In this document: one piece after another, positions 9,590-11,254 of the stretch
Position numbering within the stretch: the first letter of the stretch is position 1
Layout of the letters: each line of letters opens with the position of its first letter
NCBI GenBank assembly: GCA_051294375.1
Contig: JBJCIZ010000215.1
Span: 1-11,254 of the forward strand
DNA length: 11,254 nt
Reading direction: 5' to 3'
Source: Paraspadella gotoi
Taxonomy: Eukaryota; Animalia; Chaetognatha
The notes under the pieces: generated by a model
The model's database searches: none
Seen by the model: only the letters and a program-made list of their open reading frames with translations
Told to the model about the DNA's origin: nothing
Position numbers and translations under genes: made by a program

Positions 9590-9860
9590 TTGGCGGCATA
9601 TTCACACCGCCTCATGTCCATCATCGTTCAGCCAAATCCATTGCTCAGAGGGGAAACACACCATCCCAGGCGTAGTGTTTCATCCACAGCCCTAACGACT
9701 TCCCTCTGCGTTGGCAAAGAAAGAACGTCCTAGGGTAACCGCGCCAGTGACTGGAGGCGTCACTGAGGGTCGGAAGCCCCCGAAGCCAACAGTGAGATGC
9801 CCCATCCCAATGGGCATCACAGGCAACCCGGCTGACAATCTTGGTCGAACACTTGATCCG
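9590..9860 (+). mobile_element. GC-rich structured island, possibly the 5' UTR fragment of an RTE-clade non-LTR retrotransposon or a derived short element
   Basis: Sharp GC rise relative to the flanks, several stems and an embedded twister-like motif. Twister ribozymes are known from the 5' region of RTE-clade elements such as Schistosoma Perere-3. No endonuclease or RT ORF follows. The left end may lie in the gap. Confidence 0.45.
9733..9780 (+). ncRNA. Twister ribozyme-like motif, 5' two-thirds only (3' closing strand not found)
   Basis: GGG (P1 5', 9733-35), TAA (9736-38), CCGC (P2 5', 9739-42), GC (T2, 9743-44), P3 CAGTGAC 9745-51 / GTCACTG 9759-65 (perfect 7 bp), A, P4 GGG 9767-69 / CCC 9778-80 enclosing TCGG (T1) plus AAGC. 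Order and spacing match the twister consensus. Confidence 0.6.
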
Positions 9861-10106
9861 TTTGTTTGTTTACATTGATAAATATTAAGTTTACAAGTTA
9901 TTACATGTAATGATTATTAACAAGTATGCATCGAAGGAAAGGTACAATATAGTAGATTCTGAAAATACAATGATCGTAATTGGGTGTCACCTCGTGCGAA
10001 GTGAATAAGTAATTACAAAAAAACATTGTGAAATTCAAGAAATGCTTTACGCTTGTGATTTGTCCGTTTTCATCGGTTCGACCAATGAGCGTTGAGACGG
10101 ACTTTT

Positions 10107-10116
10107 NNNNNNNNNN
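10107..10116. other. Assembly gap (10 N)
   Basis: Run of N. Confidence 1.
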
Positions 10117-10117
10117 T

Positions 10118-10474
10118 CGTTGATCCGAAATGGACGACGTCTTTAATATTATTTTTTTTATAAATTTAATATTACTATAATATTATATTTTGAAATTATA
10201 TTTAAATTATATGATAATAAACTTGACATTTACGAGAAAAAATTACTCCTTTACCATAACCTTAATTTATTCCTAACCCTAATTTTCCCTTAATTTACCC
10301 GTAACCCTAATTTTCCCTTAATTTACCCCTAACCCTAATTTGCCCTTAACCCAACTTAAACTTAACCCTAACTTACCCTTCATCTTAACTTACATCTTAA
10401 TCTTAATTTAATAATTTTTAACTTTAATTTATCAAATCTTAAACGCGAGGGGTAAGACGTTAGGCCGGACAACG
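10118..10474. mobile_element. MITE-like element with imperfect inverted ends and an internal TAACCC-like array
   Basis: Left CGTTGATCCG 10118-27 and ACGTCTT 10137-43 mirror right AAGACGT 10454-60 and CGGACAACG 10466-74. The interior is AT-rich with the C/T/A-only repeat. The left end abuts a gap, so a TSD cannot be tested. Confidence 0.4.
10256..10405. repeat. Degenerate telomere-like (TAACCC) minisatellite with a 28-bp period
   Basis: TAACCCTAATTTTCCCTTAATTTACCC(G/C) at 10274 and 10302, a partial third copy at 10330, and degenerate TAACCT/TAAACT/TAACCC/TAATCT hexamers on both sides. Confidence 0.85.
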
Positions 10475-11079
10475 GTCCCGATTGAAAATGAGATTTTCGT
10501 TTCCCCTTTGTAATGCGATCGTGAGCTGCTGAAAATGATAATAATTTGAATTATTTGATTAAATTCCCGTCGAAAAGCATCCAGAAGCCATTACAAAGAA
10601 AACACAGAGGGAAATAACCCGTTCATTGTCGCCAGTGGTCATCCGAAGCGATTCGCTCAACAAAAGATCGCGAGCCACAGCCATGACATGAGGCTTCCGA
10701 GCCAAGCACGCGTAACAAAGAAACTAATATTCCCAGCAAATTCAATACGGCCCCAGCGAGCATAAACAAAGAATGTTAAACGGATTTATCGAAGAAAAAA
10801 TCGTGATTTGGATTTACTCTTCGATTTTTAATAAATGACCGGATTTTTTCCCGCGCTCCCCCCTAAAAGAAAAGTTCAAACACTCATTTAACTTTGTGTA
10901 AAATCAAAATTAACAATCTCATTGGGCACGATGGTATAAAAAACGACTTAAAAACTAGTTTTCTTGATTGCTTGATTAAGCAAGCAAGCTTGCATGAATC
11001 AACAGATGTATTTACCTTGAAATGAAGCCAAGACAGTGGTCTATCATTATCTGTAATCATAATTACCTTTTGTTTTAAT

Positions 11080-11089
11080 NNNNNNNNNN
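11080..11089. other. Assembly gap (10 N)
   Basis: Run of N. Confidence 1.
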
Positions 11090-11254
11090 GACAGTAGGGA
11101 AAAGAAAGACAGAAAAAAAAAGGCAAAAACCAGTCCTGTTTAAGTGCACATTTACATTGTAAAATATACGAATTTTTCTCGCGCTCCCCCCCAGTTGTCT
11201 TCGCAAGACCCCATGCTTTCGAAATATGCCCATATTGCCACACTTCGTAGTGGG

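Noticed and set aside
9487-9675. 62-aa ORF
   Set aside because: It spans an N gap of unknown true length and joins two unrelated sequence types.
9762-9795. Hammerhead ribozyme reading of CTGAGGG..CGAAG
   Set aside because: It lacks the CUGANGA and GAAA core, and the twister layout fits much better.
10089-10103. GCGT-TGAGA-CGGA-C as the displaced 3' strand of the twister
   Set aside because: It is ~300 nt away, mismatched in both P2 and T1, and is part of its own local hairpin.
10562-10764. Stop-free frame of about 65 codons on the + strand
   Set aside because: No suitable start or splice sites, no recognisable domain, and a second frame is also open for over 40 codons, as expected from composition.
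10884-11243. 119-aa minus ORF containing KVIMITDNDRPLSWL, loosely like the gypsy RNase H motif TDHxPLxWL
   Set aside because: It spans an N gap, lacks the conserved His and the downstream RW motif, and no other pol sequence is nearby. A BLASTX hit to gypsy pol would reverse this.

Overview
AT-rich eukaryotic genomic DNA, probably arthropod (inferred from repeat style and a 54-nt GT-AG intron), from a draft scaffold with three 10-N gaps. Bases 1-6921 are a tandem satellite of about 14 copies of a ~515-bp monomer. Each monomer holds seven ~48-bp subrepeats plus a GA-rich block, and two linked sequence variants are interspersed along the array. The array carries indel noise typical of unpolished long reads. 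All + strand ORFs of the supplied track in this part are repeat artefacts. The rest is a patchwork: palindromic non-autonomous transposon relics (6922-7745), a possible decayed multi-exon gene (~7988-8880), a GC-rich structured island (~9590-9860) and a TAACCC-containing MITE-like element (10118-10474). The most notable signal is 9733-9780, which matches the 5' two-thirds of a twister self-cleaving ribozyme, but I could not find its 3' closing strand. No intact protein-coding gene is supported.
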